Source: an uncultured Acidimicrobiaceae bacterium (lineage in GTDB: Bacteria; Actinomycetota; Acidimicrobiia; Spongiisociales; ZC4RG35). Taken from it: 56,728 bases of DNA. Positions 9,078 to 18,701 of the stretch are shown here, piece by piece (position 1 is the first letter of the stretch; every line of letters starts with the position of its first letter). The stretch covers positions 1-56,728 of the forward strand of contig CAYLYQ010000008.1 of the NCBI GenBank assembly GCA_964388105.1. The letters are read 5' to 3'. The notes under the pieces were generated by a model. It was not told the DNA's origin. It did no database searches and was given only the letters and a program-made list of their open reading frames with translations. A program made the translations under genes and the position numbers.

Positions 9078-10532
9078 TCAGCGGGTGGTTTCAATCCAGG
9101 CCTCCACGAGGCGGGCGGCGATCGGGGCTGCGAGTCTGCCCCCGGTGGCGTCGGGGCCGGTCTGCTGGTTGCCCTGGACCAGGACGGCGAACGCGATCTG
9201 GGGGTCTTCGGCCGGGGCGAACCCGATGAACCAGGCGTTGGCGAAGCCGCCGATGCCGGTTGCCGTGCCCGTCTTGCCTGCCACCTGGACACCCGAGACC
9301 GCGGCACCGGTCCCCGTGCCGTCGGTGACCACCTGGGTCATCAACTCACGCAGTGTGGCGGCCGTCTCCGACGACATGGCGCGCCCGATTGGCGCCGACT
9401 CCGCCTCCTCGACGGTCACACCGTCGGCGTCGAACACGCGTCGCACCAGGTACGGCGTGACCGCCACCCCGTCGTTGGCCACGGTCGCCGCAACCATCGC
9501 CATGTGCAACGGCGCGGCACGCACGTCGCGTTCCCCGATGCCGCTCTGGCCCAGAGCCGCCGGGTCGATGGCGAGCTCCTCGGTCCGCCATGTGGCCTGC
9601 GGGATCGTCCACGGGAAGTCGATGGCCGAGTTCCAGCCCATGCCTTCGGCGGTGAGACCGATGTTGGCCGCCCCCGTCTGGATGGCGAGGTCGGCGAAGA
9701 TGGTGTTGCAGCTGCGGACGAACGCACGGCGCAGCTGAACCGAGTTGCCATCACCGCAGGCTCGGCCGCTGAAGTTGGAGATGGTCGCCGTCGACCCGGG
9801 CAGCTGGAACTGGACCGGGTCGGCGAACACGGTGCTCGGACCGGCGACGTCGGTGTCCATCGCCGCTGCGGCTACGACGGTCTTGAAGGTTGATCCGGGG
9901 GCGAAGAGCTCCCGGGTGGCGCGGTCGCTCAACGGGGCGGAAGGGTCGACGATCAATTCCTCCCAGTTGGCCGCGGCCTCGTCGCTGGCCAGCAGCGCGG
10001 GATCGAACGACGGGTTGGAGTACGAAGCCAGCACCGCTCCGGTGGCCGGGTCCAGTGCCACCACCGCGCCCGCGTAGTCGGCCAGCCCTTCTGCGGCGGC
10101 GCGTTGCAGCCGCGCGTCCACGGTTATCTCGAGGTTCCGGGGCCGGAGGTCCGCACCGAAGATGGCGGCGATGATGTCGCTGATGGTGAGGTCCCGTCGC
10201 GACCGGAGCTGGCTGGAGTAGGCAGCCTCCAGCCCGGACTCGCCGACGAGGAACGAGGAGTACCCCACCACGTGAGCGAAGGACTCCCCCTCCGGATACT
10301 CGCGCACGAAGTCCCGGCTTTCCTCTTCCTGCACCGACCGGGCGACCACAGTCCCGTCTGCGGTGACAATGATGCCGCGCTCCTTGCCTCGAGCCGTCAG
10401 AGCCGGCCGGGGGTTCCTGGGATCGAGCTTGAGCTCGTCGGCGCGGACCACCTGCACCCAGGTGACGGCGAAGAGGAGGGCGCCGAAGGCGATGAACAGA
10501 CCGACCGCCAGGCGGCGTATGGGACCGTTCAT
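9078..10532 (-). CDS. pbpA: class B penicillin-binding protein (peptidoglycan D,D-transpeptidase)
   Basis: N-terminal TM helix. Transpeptidase motifs STFK, SCN and KTGTA. Synteny with rodA and pknB. Confidence 0.9.
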   Translation of the reverse strand: MNGPIRRLAVGLFIAFGALLFAVTWVQVVRADELKLDPRNPRPALTARGKERGIIVTADGTVVARSVQEEESRDFVREYPEGESFAHVVGYSSFLVGESGLEAAYSSQLRSRRDLTISDIIAAIFGADLRPRNLEITVDARLQRAAAEGLADYAGAVVALDPATGAVLASYSNPSFDPALLASDEAAANWEELIVDPSAPLSDRATRELFAPGSTFKTVVAAAAMDTDVAGPSTVFADPVQFQLPGSTATISNFSGRACGDGNSVQLRRAFVRSCNTIFADLAIQTGAANIGLTAEGMGWNSAIDFPWTIPQATWRTEELAIDPAALGQSGIGERDVRAAPLHMAMVAATVANDGVAVTPYLVRRVFDADGVTVEEAESAPIGRAMSSETAATLRELMTQVVTDGTGTGAAVSGVQVAGKTGTATGIGGFANAWFIGFAPAEDPQIAFAVLVQGNQQTGPDATGGRLAAPIAARLVEAWIETTR

Positions 10533-11824
10533 GTCGCTTCCTCATGGCTGATCCGGAGCAGGAGGGCGATCAGGATGAGGTTGCCCACCAGGGCCGAGCC
10601 GCCGTACGACATGAACGGGAGCGTGATGCCCGTGAGGGGCACGAGCCGGAGAACGCCCCCGACGATGAGAAACACCTGGACACCGAGCGTGAGGATGAGG
10701 CCGGCCGCGAGCAGCTTGCGGAAGGTGTCGCGACTGCGAAACGCGATGCCGAGGCCCACGGCCACCAGCAGCCCGTACAGGGCCAGGACCACCACCGACC
10801 CGGCGAACCCCAACTCCTCGCCCACGGCGGCAAAGATGAAGTCGGTGGCGGCGTTGGGGATGAGGTCGGGCCGGCCCAGACCGGGACCGGCCCCGGCGAG
10901 GCTGCCCGAAGCCAGGGCGAAGGCCCCCTGGGCGATCTGGTAGCCCTCGTCCGCGTAGTTCTCGAACGGCCAAAGCCATGCGACGACACGGCGCTGGACG
11001 TGGTCGAAGGTGAAGTAGGCCGCGATCCCGGCCAGCACCGTGAGCAGGCCGCCGGTGACGAGATAACCCGAAGTGCTCGTGGCGGCATACAGCAAGAGGA
11101 CGAAGCCGGCGAACAGCAGGATCGAGGCGCCCAGGTCCCGCTGCGAGATGAGGATGAGGACGCTGGCGCCCCAGGCGACGAGCAAGGGGATCAACTGGCG
11201 GGGCTCCGGGAAGCGGAACGGCCCGATGCGGCGGTGCGCCTCGCGCAAGGCCCTCTGGTGATCGGCCAGGTAGCCGGCGATGAAGATGACCATCCCCAGC
11301 TTGGCGAGCTCGCCCGGCTGGAACCCGATGGTCAGGAAACCGAGATCGAGGGTGACCCAGAGCCTCGATCCGCCCTGCTCCAGTCCCCGGAGCGGGAAGC
11401 CCCATCCGCTGGGCAGCATCGGCAGGAGGAGCAAGCCGACGGAGACCAGCAGGATCAGGTTCCGGTAGCGGCGCAAGAGAGACGTGCCGCCGCGGGACAA
11501 GAGCCACAGCACGAGCGATGCCAGCGCCGCACCGATCAGGATCCACCACCGCTGCAGGCCGGCGCGCTGCGTGGAGAGCGAGTAGATGGACATGAAGCCG
11601 ATTCCCGTGATCGCCACGACCAGGGGGAGGAGGAGCGGGCTGGCCTTCGGCGCCCACGAACGCGCCGCCAGGGACATGCCGCCGAACGCGATGACGAACA
11701 CGAGGAAGGTCACGCCCACCTGGACGTCGACGCCATCGTCGCGGGCGAAGTTGACCAGGGTGACTCCCAATGAGGCCAGGGCGGAGGCGGTGACGATGCT
11801 GGCCAGTTCGGCCCTACGGGTCAT
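10529..11824 (-). CDS. rodA: SEDS family peptidoglycan polymerase RodA/FtsW
   Basis: About 10 TM helices. C-terminal signature GVLRLVPLTGITLPFMSYGGSAL. 4-nt overlap with pbpA. Confidence 0.9.
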   Translation of the reverse strand: MTRRAELASIVTASALASLGVTLVNFARDDGVDVQVGVTFLVFVIAFGGMSLAARSWAPKASPLLLPLVVAITGIGFMSIYSLSTQRAGLQRWWILIGAALASLVLWLLSRGGTSLLRRYRNLILLVSVGLLLLPMLPSGWGFPLRGLEQGGSRLWVTLDLGFLTIGFQPGELAKLGMVIFIAGYLADHQRALREAHRRIGPFRFPEPRQLIPLLVAWGASVLILISQRDLGASILLFAGFVLLLYAATSTSGYLVTGGLLTVLAGIAAYFTFDHVQRRVVAWLWPFENYADEGYQIAQGAFALASGSLAGAGPGLGRPDLIPNAATDFIFAAVGEELGFAGSVVVLALYGLLVAVGLGIAFRSRDTFRKLLAAGLILTLGVQVFLIVGGVLRLVPLTGITLPFMSYGGSALVGNLILIALLLRISHEEAT

Positions 11825-11825
11825 G

Positions 11826-12533
11826 TCAGTCCTGGACGTCGATGACGATCACCGAGATGTTGTCGATACCGCCGGCGGCGTTGGCCAGGTCGATGAGATT
11901 CCACGCCGCCTCTTCGACGCCTCTCTCGGAGAGGATCTCGGCGATCTTCGAATCGGAGATCATCTCGGTGAGCCCGTCAGAGCACAAGAGGATTCGGTCG
12001 CCGGCCTGCAACGACACTTCGACCTCGTCGACGTTGACGAATCGGGTGAGGCCCAGAGTTCGGGTCAGCATGTGCCGCTGCGGGTGGCTCGAGGCCTCTT
12101 CGGGTGCGATGCGGCCGCTGGCGACGTACTCGGCGGCGACGGTGTGGTCCTGGGTCACCTGGCGCAGCTCGCCTTCGCGACGCAGGTAGGCCCGGCTGTC
12201 CCCGACATGGGCGAACCGTGCGACGCCTTCGGGGTCGAGCGCAACCAGGGTCATCGTGGTGCCCATGCCCTCGAGGCTGGGCTCGCGGGCCACCTCCTCA
12301 CGGATGGCGCGGTTGCCCGCGGCCACCCGGTCCGAAGGCGAGAGGTCCACGGCCGCGGCGGCGTTGACGGCCAGACGCGACGCCACCTCGCCGGCGACGT
12401 GCCCGCCCATGCCGTCGGCGACCATGAGCGTGACCGGGCCGTCGGCCTCTCCGGCCGAGTCCGGGAACAGTGCGTCTTCGTTGTTCTGCCTCACCATCCC
12501 CTGATGGCTGGCAGCCGACCAGATGAACCTCAT
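11826..12533 (-). CDS. pstP: PP2C-family Ser/Thr phosphatase (catalytic domain only)
   Basis: ATG 12533 overlaps the fhaB stop (ATGA). Motifs RQNNEDA, DGMGGH, LLCSDGL, GGIDNISVIV. The product is 235 aa with no TM or extracellular region. Confidence 0.85.
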   Translation of the reverse strand: MRFIWSAASHQGMVRQNNEDALFPDSAGEADGPVTLMVADGMGGHVAGEVASRLAVNAAAAVDLSPSDRVAAGNRAIREEVAREPSLEGMGTTMTLVALDPEGVARFAHVGDSRAYLRREGELRQVTQDHTVAAEYVASGRIAPEEASSHPQRHMLTRTLGLTRFVNVDEVEVSLQAGDRILLCSDGLTEMISDSKIAEILSERGVEEAAWNLIDLANAAGGIDNISVIVIDVQD

Positions 12534-12940
12534 CTGACCTCCATGACGGTCTTGCCCACCTGAATCGTGTCGCCGCGGCGGAGTTGCAGGGGTGCCGTGA
12601 CCCGGCGCCCGTTGACGTAGGTGCCGTTGGTGCTTCCCAAATCGTGAAGCGTGATCCCGTTCTCCGCCGCCACCAAACGCATGTGGAAGTCGGAAGCGTA
12701 GGGGTCGCCGAGGACAACATCCGCCTCGTCGGAGCGGCCCATCACCAGGACGTTGCTCACCTCCACCTCCTGTCCGGCGTTGGTGTCGGACCGCACGAAG
12801 AGGATCCGCCGACCCTCGCGCCGTGGCCGTCGCACCGAGATCCCCAGGTGGGACCCGATGGCTCGGGCGATCTGCCACACGAACAAGTACACGAGGCCGA
12901 GGAAGATGATGCGGAGCAGAGCGAGGATCAGATCAGGCAT
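12530..12940 (-). CDS. fhaB: FHA-domain protein FhaB/FipA type (TM + FHA)
   Basis: ATG 12940. N-terminal TM helix, then an FHA core GRS...SDFHMRL...DLGSTNGTYVNG. Confidence 0.85.
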   Translation of the reverse strand: MPDLILALLRIIFLGLVYLFVWQIARAIGSHLGISVRRPRREGRRILFVRSDTNAGQEVEVSNVLVMGRSDEADVVLGDPYASDFHMRLVAAENGITLHDLGSTNGTYVNGRRVTAPLQLRRGDTIQVGKTVMEVR

Positions 12941-13589
12941 CGCGTTCCTCCATCCACCGGAACGGCTGGCCGGCGAAGGCCACGGTCGAGCCCGACTGCA
13001 GCGCGACCGGTTCGTCGTGCACGGGCACGCCGTCCACCGTCGTCCCGTTGGCCGAGCCGAGGTCGACGATGAAAGCCTTGCCCCCTTCGCGCCAGATGAG
13101 GGCATGGCGCCGACTCACCGACTGAACGCCGATCCTGACGTCGGCGGGCTCGGTCCTCCCGACCGTCGCCCGGTTGTGCCCCACGCCGATGGTGCCGCTG
13201 TCCGAGATCAGCTTCCCCCACACGGCCAGACGCCCCGGTACCACTTCGGCGTGACACGAGATCGATCCGGCGGCGACCAGGTCGGAACCCTGCACTCGCA
13301 CCCGGACCGGGCCCTCCAGGCGCAGCCCCTGTTCCGCCGTGTACCGACCGAGCTCGGCCGTCAGCCTGGCCTCCAGGTCCTCGGGATTGCCGTCGAGGTC
13401 TCGTTTGTTGACCAGAAGGGTGTAGTTGTTCGCCGTGGCCGGGCCGGTGTCGTGCTCGAAACGTGCGAAATCGGCCTCGCGGGCCAGCCGGCCGGCGATT
13501 TCGGCCGGGTGGAGACGGCCGGAGAACACGCGACCGGCACCTTCGAGGAGCCGTTCGAGGCGTCGCTCCAGGCCGCGAACCACGTTCAT
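12933..13589 (-). CDS. fhaA: FHA-domain protein FhaA type (DUF3662-like N-terminus + FHA)
   Basis: ATG 13589. N-terminus MNVVRGLERRLERLLEG. C-terminal FHA VGR...VSRRHALI...DLGSANGTTVDG. The track extension runs antisense through tRNA-Leu. Confidence 0.85.
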   Translation of the reverse strand: MNVVRGLERRLERLLEGAGRVFSGRLHPAEIAGRLAREADFARFEHDTGPATANNYTLLVNKRDLDGNPEDLEARLTAELGRYTAEQGLRLEGPVRVRVQGSDLVAAGSISCHAEVVPGRLAVWGKLISDSGTIGVGHNRATVGRTEPADVRIGVQSVSRRHALIWREGGKAFIVDLGSANGTTVDGVPVHDEPVALQSGSTVAFAGQPFRWMEERDA

Positions 13590-13669
13590 TCTCGGCAGGT
13601 TACGGCCTCGTCGGGAATGGGCGACTACCAGAACCACCTGGCTGACGGTACGATTTGCGGCGAATCCCC

Positions 13670-13753
<84 letters not shown>

Positions 13754-13794
13754 CGTTGACCTTCGACATTCCATCCCGCCCACGCCGGCGCCTG

Positions 13795-14754
13795 GTGGGA
13801 CGGCTAGTTCTGCCGCTCATCGTCGTCGGCGTCATCGTTCTCGGGATCGTCGTCACCGCTTCAGGGGCTGAGACCAGGGCCCAGATCGACTACCTGACGA
13901 GTCTGCGCGACGGGGCAGGGGACATCTCGGACGGCGGGTCTGCCCTCTCCGCAGTGACCACCCGCCTCAGCACGATCAGCCGCGTCGAGTTCACGACCGC
14001 GATGGACGGGATCGTGGCCGATCTGGCGGACGCCGCAGCCGTCGCCGACGAAGAGCCGCCCACGGCAGCGGTGCTCCCGGTCCGTGCCCTCTACCGGCAG
14101 TCAATCACCGCCTGGCAGGAGGGTGTCGCGGGGCTGTCAGCGGGCCTCCTCCATGCGGCCGACAATCCACAGGACAACGCCGCGATCGATGAAGTCGTGG
14201 CCGGGCTGGCCCTCTTGCGAGCCGGGGATGCCCTGTGGGCCCGCTTGCTGGAGGACATGGAGCGGGACGACATGCCCGCGCCGATGACGCCTTTCCCCGA
14301 GATCGTGATGTCGCCGGCCACCGGTCCGCACCTCACCGTCGGGTTGATCCTCGTGGACAGCGCCCGATCCGACCAGAACACGCTCGGCCTGAGGCCGGGG
14401 CTGCGGGTGAGCTCGCTCGTGGCGGACCCCGAGTGGCAGGTCGACGCCAACGACCAGGCGGTCGTGCCGATCTCGGAACAGGTCACCTTCTCGGTTGTGG
14501 TGTCCAACGTGGGCAACATCGACAGCGAGGTCGAGCAGTTGATCCTCGTGCTCGAAGGGGGCCCGGAGACGGTGGAGATGGTGGCGACGATCGACCCCCT
14601 CGCCCCCGAGCGTCAGGTGACCCTGGTCTTCGACCCGATCGAAGTCGTGCCCGGCTTGGTCTATCAGGTGACGGCGTCGATCGTGGTGGACTCGCCCGAT
14701 GTCGATCTCGAGGACAACCTGATCCAGGTTCAGTTCCGGGTCGGCGACGACTGA
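13795..14754 (+). CDS. membrane-anchored hypothetical protein with an Ig/CARDB-like C-terminal region
   Basis: One TM helix (LVLPLIVVGVIVLGIVVTA), an Ala-rich helical middle, and C-terminal beta-strand patterns VTFSVVVSNVGN...VTLVFDP...YQVTASIVVD. The start is uncertain (GTG 13795 or TTG 13756). The track's 5' part overlaps tRNA-Leu. Confidence 0.55.
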   Translation: MGRLVLPLIVVGVIVLGIVVTASGAETRAQIDYLTSLRDGAGDISDGGSALSAVTTRLSTISRVEFTTAMDGIVADLADAAAVADEEPPTAAVLPVRALYRQSITAWQEGVAGLSAGLLHAADNPQDNAAIDEVVAGLALLRAGDALWARLLEDMERDDMPAPMTPFPEIVMSPATGPHLTVGLILVDSARSDQNTLGLRPGLRVSSLVADPEWQVDANDQAVVPISEQVTFSVVVSNVGNIDSEVEQLILVLEGGPETVEMVATIDPLAPERQVTLVFDPIEVVPGLVYQVTASIVVDSPDVDLEDNLIQVQFRVGDD

Positions 14755-14774
14755 GCCTTACCATCGCCTGACAA

Positions 14775-16022
14775 ATGCTCGATCCCCGTCTTCTCCGTGA
14801 CGATCCCGCGGCCATACGCCGCTCTCTCGATCGTCGCGGTTCGAAGCTGGATCTCGACCCCCTGGTGGAGCTGGAAGGCCGCCATCGGGCCGCACTGCGC
14901 GAGGCCGAAGCGCTGAGGGCTGCGCAGAAGGAGGCTGGGCGGGAGATCGCCACCCTCGGGCCCGAGGACAAAGAGAAGGCCATCGCAGCGGTCGCCGACC
15001 TGGCGGACAAGGTGAAGGAGAAGACGGCCGAGGCCGATCGGCTCGGAGCGGAGTTCCGACTTGCCTGGCTGGAGGTGCCCAACCTCGTCGCCGACGACGC
15101 CGCCGACGGGTTCACCGAGGAGGACTCCGTCGAGATCCGCCGTCACGGTGACATCCTCAGCGAGGGCACCGACCATGCCTCATTGGGCTCCCGGCTCGAC
15201 ATCATCGACACCGAACGCGCCGCCAAGGTCTCCGGCTCCCGGTTCGGATACCTGAAGGGCAAGGGAGCCATGCTGGAGTTCTCCCTGGTCCGGTGGGCCA
15301 TGGATCACCTCGTCTCGGAGGGGTTCACGCCGATGATCCCGCCCGTGCTCGTCAAGGAAGCTGCCCTCGAGGGCACCGGCTTCTTCCCCGAGGCGAGAGA
15401 GCAGGTCTACGAGGTCCCCAAGGACGAGCTGTTCCTGGTGGGGACGGCGGAGGTGCCTCTCGCCGCCTATCACATGGACGAGATCCTCGATCCCGCCGAC
15501 CTGCCGCTTCGATACGCCGGCTTCTCCACCTGCTTTCGCCGCGAGGCGGGGACGTACGGCAAGGACACCGCCGGCATCTTCCGGGTTCACCAGTTCGACA
15601 AGGTCGAGATGTTCGTTTTCGCCCGCCCCGAGGAATCGGTCGAGATGCACGATCGGATGCTGGCCATCGAGGAGAAGCTGGTGCAGGAGCTGGAGGTGCC
15701 CTACCGCGTCGTCAACATCGCGGCGGGTGACCTCGGGGCTTCCGCAGCGAAGAAGTACGACATCGAGGCGTGGTTTCCCGGCGAGGGCCGTTACCGGGAA
15801 GTCACCTCGTGCTCGAATACCACCGACTTCCAGGCGCGCCGCCTGAGGGTCCGGATCCGCGGCGAAGGCTCCAACGAAGTGGCCCACACCCTGAACGGGA
15901 CCGCTTGCGCGGTCGGCCGGACGATTCTGGCGATCCTGGAGAACCACCAGCAGATGGACGGCTCGGTGCGTATCCCGAAGGCCTTGGTCCCGTACACCGG
16001 ATTCGACTCCATCGAACCGTGA
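14775..16022 (+). CDS. serS: serine--tRNA ligase
   Basis: N-terminal coiled-coil arm. Class II motifs (FRREAG, GTACAVGRTILAILENHQ). Confidence 0.95.
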   Translation: MLDPRLLRDDPAAIRRSLDRRGSKLDLDPLVELEGRHRAALREAEALRAAQKEAGREIATLGPEDKEKAIAAVADLADKVKEKTAEADRLGAEFRLAWLEVPNLVADDAADGFTEEDSVEIRRHGDILSEGTDHASLGSRLDIIDTERAAKVSGSRFGYLKGKGAMLEFSLVRWAMDHLVSEGFTPMIPPVLVKEAALEGTGFFPEAREQVYEVPKDELFLVGTAEVPLAAYHMDEILDPADLPLRYAGFSTCFRREAGTYGKDTAGIFRVHQFDKVEMFVFARPEESVEMHDRMLAIEEKLVQELEVPYRVVNIAAGDLGASAAKKYDIEAWFPGEGRYREVTSCSNTTDFQARRLRVRIRGEGSNEVAHTLNGTACAVGRTILAILENHQQMDGSVRIPKALVPYTGFDSIEP

Positions 16023-16645
16023 CGCAGCCCGACCGGGTCTTCGCCAAGATCGCCCGCCGCTACGACCGCCTCAACGCCATCCTCTCGCTGGGTAGGGAGC
16101 GCGCCTGGCGCCAGACCGGAGTCGACATGCTCGGCCCTGGCGTGGTCCTCGACCTGGGGTGCGGCACCGGGGCCACCGACTTCGGGGACCGTCCCGTGGT
16201 GGGCCTCGACCCCGTGCCTGAGATGCTGGCGCTGAGCCCAGTCCCCGCCCGGGTCGTCGGGTACGGGGAGAAGCTCCCCTTCGCTGACGGGGCCTTCGCC
16301 GGGGTGTTCTCCGCCTACGTCTTCCGCAACCTCACTTCGGTGACCGTCACCCTCGAAGAGATCGCGCGTGTGCTGGAGCCGGGAGGCGTGGCGGTGATCA
16401 TCGACCTCGGACGGCCCAAGAACGCCTGGCTGCGGATGCTCCACCGGCTGAGCACGGCCATCGTGCTTCCGCTGGTGGGGCTGTTGTTCGCCGGTGCGCC
16501 CGGGGAGTACTGGTACCTCCACCGCAGCCTCGACTCGCTGCCGCAACCGGAAGACATGTTCGCCGACGGCCCTCTGGTGCTGGAGGAGGTCTGGAGGTCG
16601 GGTCTCTTCGGATTCGTCTACGGCGTCCGCCTCCGCAAGCAATAG
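16019..16645 (+). CDS. class I SAM-dependent methyltransferase (UbiE/MenG-like)
   Basis: GTG 16019 overlaps the serS stop (GTGA). SAM motif VLDLGCGTG. UbiE-like N-terminus FAKIARRYDRLNAILSLG. Confidence 0.75.
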   Translation: MTQPDRVFAKIARRYDRLNAILSLGRERAWRQTGVDMLGPGVVLDLGCGTGATDFGDRPVVGLDPVPEMLALSPVPARVVGYGEKLPFADGAFAGVFSAYVFRNLTSVTVTLEEIARVLEPGGVAVIIDLGRPKNAWLRMLHRLSTAIVLPLVGLLFAGAPGEYWYLHRSLDSLPQPEDMFADGPLVLEEVWRSGLFGFVYGVRLRKQ

Positions 16646-16823
16646 GACTTGTCCCCTCACGAGTGGCGGAGACATCCTGGGGTATTGGGTACCCTGACAC
16701 CGATCGTGTAGGCGGGGCGCTAGGGGTGCCCTGAACCCGAAACCCTCTTCACGCGGGGCCGAATTCCCCGCCCGAGGGACACGACGCGCCGGGGGCTTCA
16801 TCGCTCCTGACGGCGGAAACGAG

Positions 16824-16935
16824 GTGCTGACGGCAGGGTCCTCGGCGGCGGAGCGCCGCGAACCGGGTCAGGTCCGGAAGGAAGCAGCCCTAAGTGGTCC
16901 GCTCCGGGTGCCAGGGACAGCCCTGCCCGAGCTCA
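16824..16935 (+). ncRNA. ffs: signal recognition particle RNA (small/4.5S type)
   Basis: Near-exact conserved helix-8 core GGGTCAGGTCCGGAAGGAAGCAGCCCTAAG (16864-16893). Flanking complementary arms are GGAGCG/CGCTCC and GGCAGGG (16832-38)/CCCTGCC (16921-27). The ends are approximate. Confidence 0.8.
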
Positions 16936-17019
16936 CGCCCGTCGTTGACGGCGTCCACCGTGTCTCGACGGCGGGGTCACGATCAAGTCGCCTTTCAGAA
17001 CCGTTACCGTCGGTCGGTC

Positions 17020-18198
17020 ATGTCGTCCCGGCGCTTTGGAGAGACTTTCCCGCGGCTCTTCGCCGCAGCTCTCTTTCAGGAGCTCTGCTTCGCGTTCCTG
17101 ATCCACGTCCCGGGGTACTTCTCCAACCTGGGCGCCTCCGAAGGTCGGATCGGCCTCCTCTACTCGGTGACGGCCGTCGCGTCGCTCATGTTCCGCCCCC
17201 TCCTCGGCCGAATCCTCGACCTCACCCACCGCCGCACCGTCATCCTGATCTCGGGCGCCGCCAACGCCGTGGTCGTCCTGGTGCTGGCCACCACCGAGAC
17301 CTGGGGCCCCTACCTCTGGGCGCTGTTCCTGGTCCAGCGGGTTCTCCAACTGGCCATGTTCACGACGATCCTCACCTACGCGGCGGACTCGATCCCCGTC
17401 GTGACCCGGACCCAGGGGCTGGCCATCTACGGCCTGTCGGGCCTGATTCCCATCGCCACCGGCGGATTCTTCGGCGACGTGGTCATCGACGGCTTCGGCT
17501 ACCCGGGCCTGTTCGTGGCGGCGGCGGTCTGCATGGTCGTCTCCTGGTCGATCTTCTGGACCCTCCCCGTGCTTCCGATCCGCAAGCCGGAGCCGCGCCG
17601 CGGGTTCTGGGCGGCTTTCGCCCAGCGCAACCTGTTGCCGCTCTGGTTCGCCACGCTGATGTTCGCCATCGGCATGGAGGCGGTCTTCACGTTCACCCGC
17701 ACTTTCGTCCTCGACCGGGGGGTGGGAACCACGGGCATCTTCTTCGCCGCGTACGGCGCCATCGCCGCCATCACCCGAATCATCGGGGGGCGGCTCTACG
17801 ACGTGATCCCGCACCGCCCGTTGCTGGTCGGATCATTGGCCCTCTACGGCCTCGGACTCGGCGTCATGTCCGTGGCCAATCACGCGGCGCTGCTCGTCCT
17901 GGCGGCGGGCATGGCAGGCATGGCTCACGGTGCGGCCTTCCCGCTCCTCTCGTCGGAGGTGGTCAACCGGGCCCGGGAATCGGAACGGGGGTCGGCGGTG
18001 GCCATCTTCACCTCGCTCTTCGATGTCGCCCTGCTGGTCGGCGCGCCGCTGGTGGGGCTGATGATCGACATGTCCAGCTATCTCCTGGCCTTCTCGGTCA
18101 CCGGGGTGAGCCTGGTGGTCGGGAGTGTCCTCTACCTGGGATGGGACCGGAGGATGGTCGCCGGCCAGCTAGCGATGGCGGGCAAAGAAGCCGGCTAG
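17020..18198 (+). CDS. MFS transporter
   Basis: About 12 TM helices. MFS loop motif FRPLLGRILDLTHRR. ATG 17020. The overlapping 476-aa ORF in another frame is rejected. Confidence 0.8.
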   Translation: MSSRRFGETFPRLFAAALFQELCFAFLIHVPGYFSNLGASEGRIGLLYSVTAVASLMFRPLLGRILDLTHRRTVILISGAANAVVVLVLATTETWGPYLWALFLVQRVLQLAMFTTILTYAADSIPVVTRTQGLAIYGLSGLIPIATGGFFGDVVIDGFGYPGLFVAAAVCMVVSWSIFWTLPVLPIRKPEPRRGFWAAFAQRNLLPLWFATLMFAIGMEAVFTFTRTFVLDRGVGTTGIFFAAYGAIAAITRIIGGRLYDVIPHRPLLVGSLALYGLGLGVMSVANHAALLVLAAGMAGMAHGAAFPLLSSEVVNRARESERGSAVAIFTSLFDVALLVGAPLVGLMIDMSSYLLAFSVTGVSLVVGSVLYLGWDRRMVAGQLAMAGKEAG

Positions 18199-18639
18199 GA
18201 GCTCCGCCGACTCCTCGGCGAAGAGGCCCTGGGTCATCTCGACCCGATGATTGAGGCGCTTGTCCTGAGGGATGTTGTACAGCGACCAGGCGCCGCCCGC
18301 CTTGAGGTCGGCGGCCCCGTACACGATCCGGTCGAGACGCGCCCACACCGCAGCTCCCGAGCACATGACGCACGGCTCCAGGGTCACGACCAGGGTGTGG
18401 CCGGTCAGCCGCCAGTCCCGAATCTCCCGCGCCCGGGCTGAGATGACGAGCATCTCGGCGTGGGCCACGGGATCGGAGAGCTCTTCACGACGGTTGCGAT
18501 CTCCCGCGACGATGTCTCCGGCACTGTCCATGAGGACGGCGCCCACCGGGACGTCGCCCGCGTCGCTCGCCTCCCGGGCGAGCACGAGGGCTTGCTCCAT
18601 GGCGCCGGCATAGGCATCTGTGGATATGGGTTGGTTCAT
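18169..18639 (-). CDS. tadA: tRNA adenosine(34) deaminase
   Basis: CDA motifs HAEM and PCVMCSGA. ATG 18639. The track extension runs antisense through the tRNA-Ser genes. Confidence 0.9.
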   Translation of the reverse strand: MNQPISTDAYAGAMEQALVLAREASDAGDVPVGAVLMDSAGDIVAGDRNRREELSDPVAHAEMLVISARAREIRDWRLTGHTLVVTLEPCVMCSGAAVWARLDRIVYGAADLKAGGAWSLYNIPQDKRLNHRVEMTQGLFAEESAELLAGFFARHR

Positions 18640-18701
18640 GAGGGGCCGGTATCCTTGCTGGTCCCGTACAGGGTACGGGCGCGGAGTACGGAGTACTCCA
18701 T

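Noticed and set aside
16753-16771. Hairpin GCGGGG-N7-CCCCGC upstream of the SRP RNA, considered as a terminator or riboswitch element
   Set aside because: There is no U-tract and no recognisable riboswitch consensus. It is too weak to call.
16824-18254. 476-aa plus-strand ORF
   Set aside because: It starts inside the SRP RNA and runs out of frame through the MFS gene. Its composition is Pro/Arg/Gly-rich.
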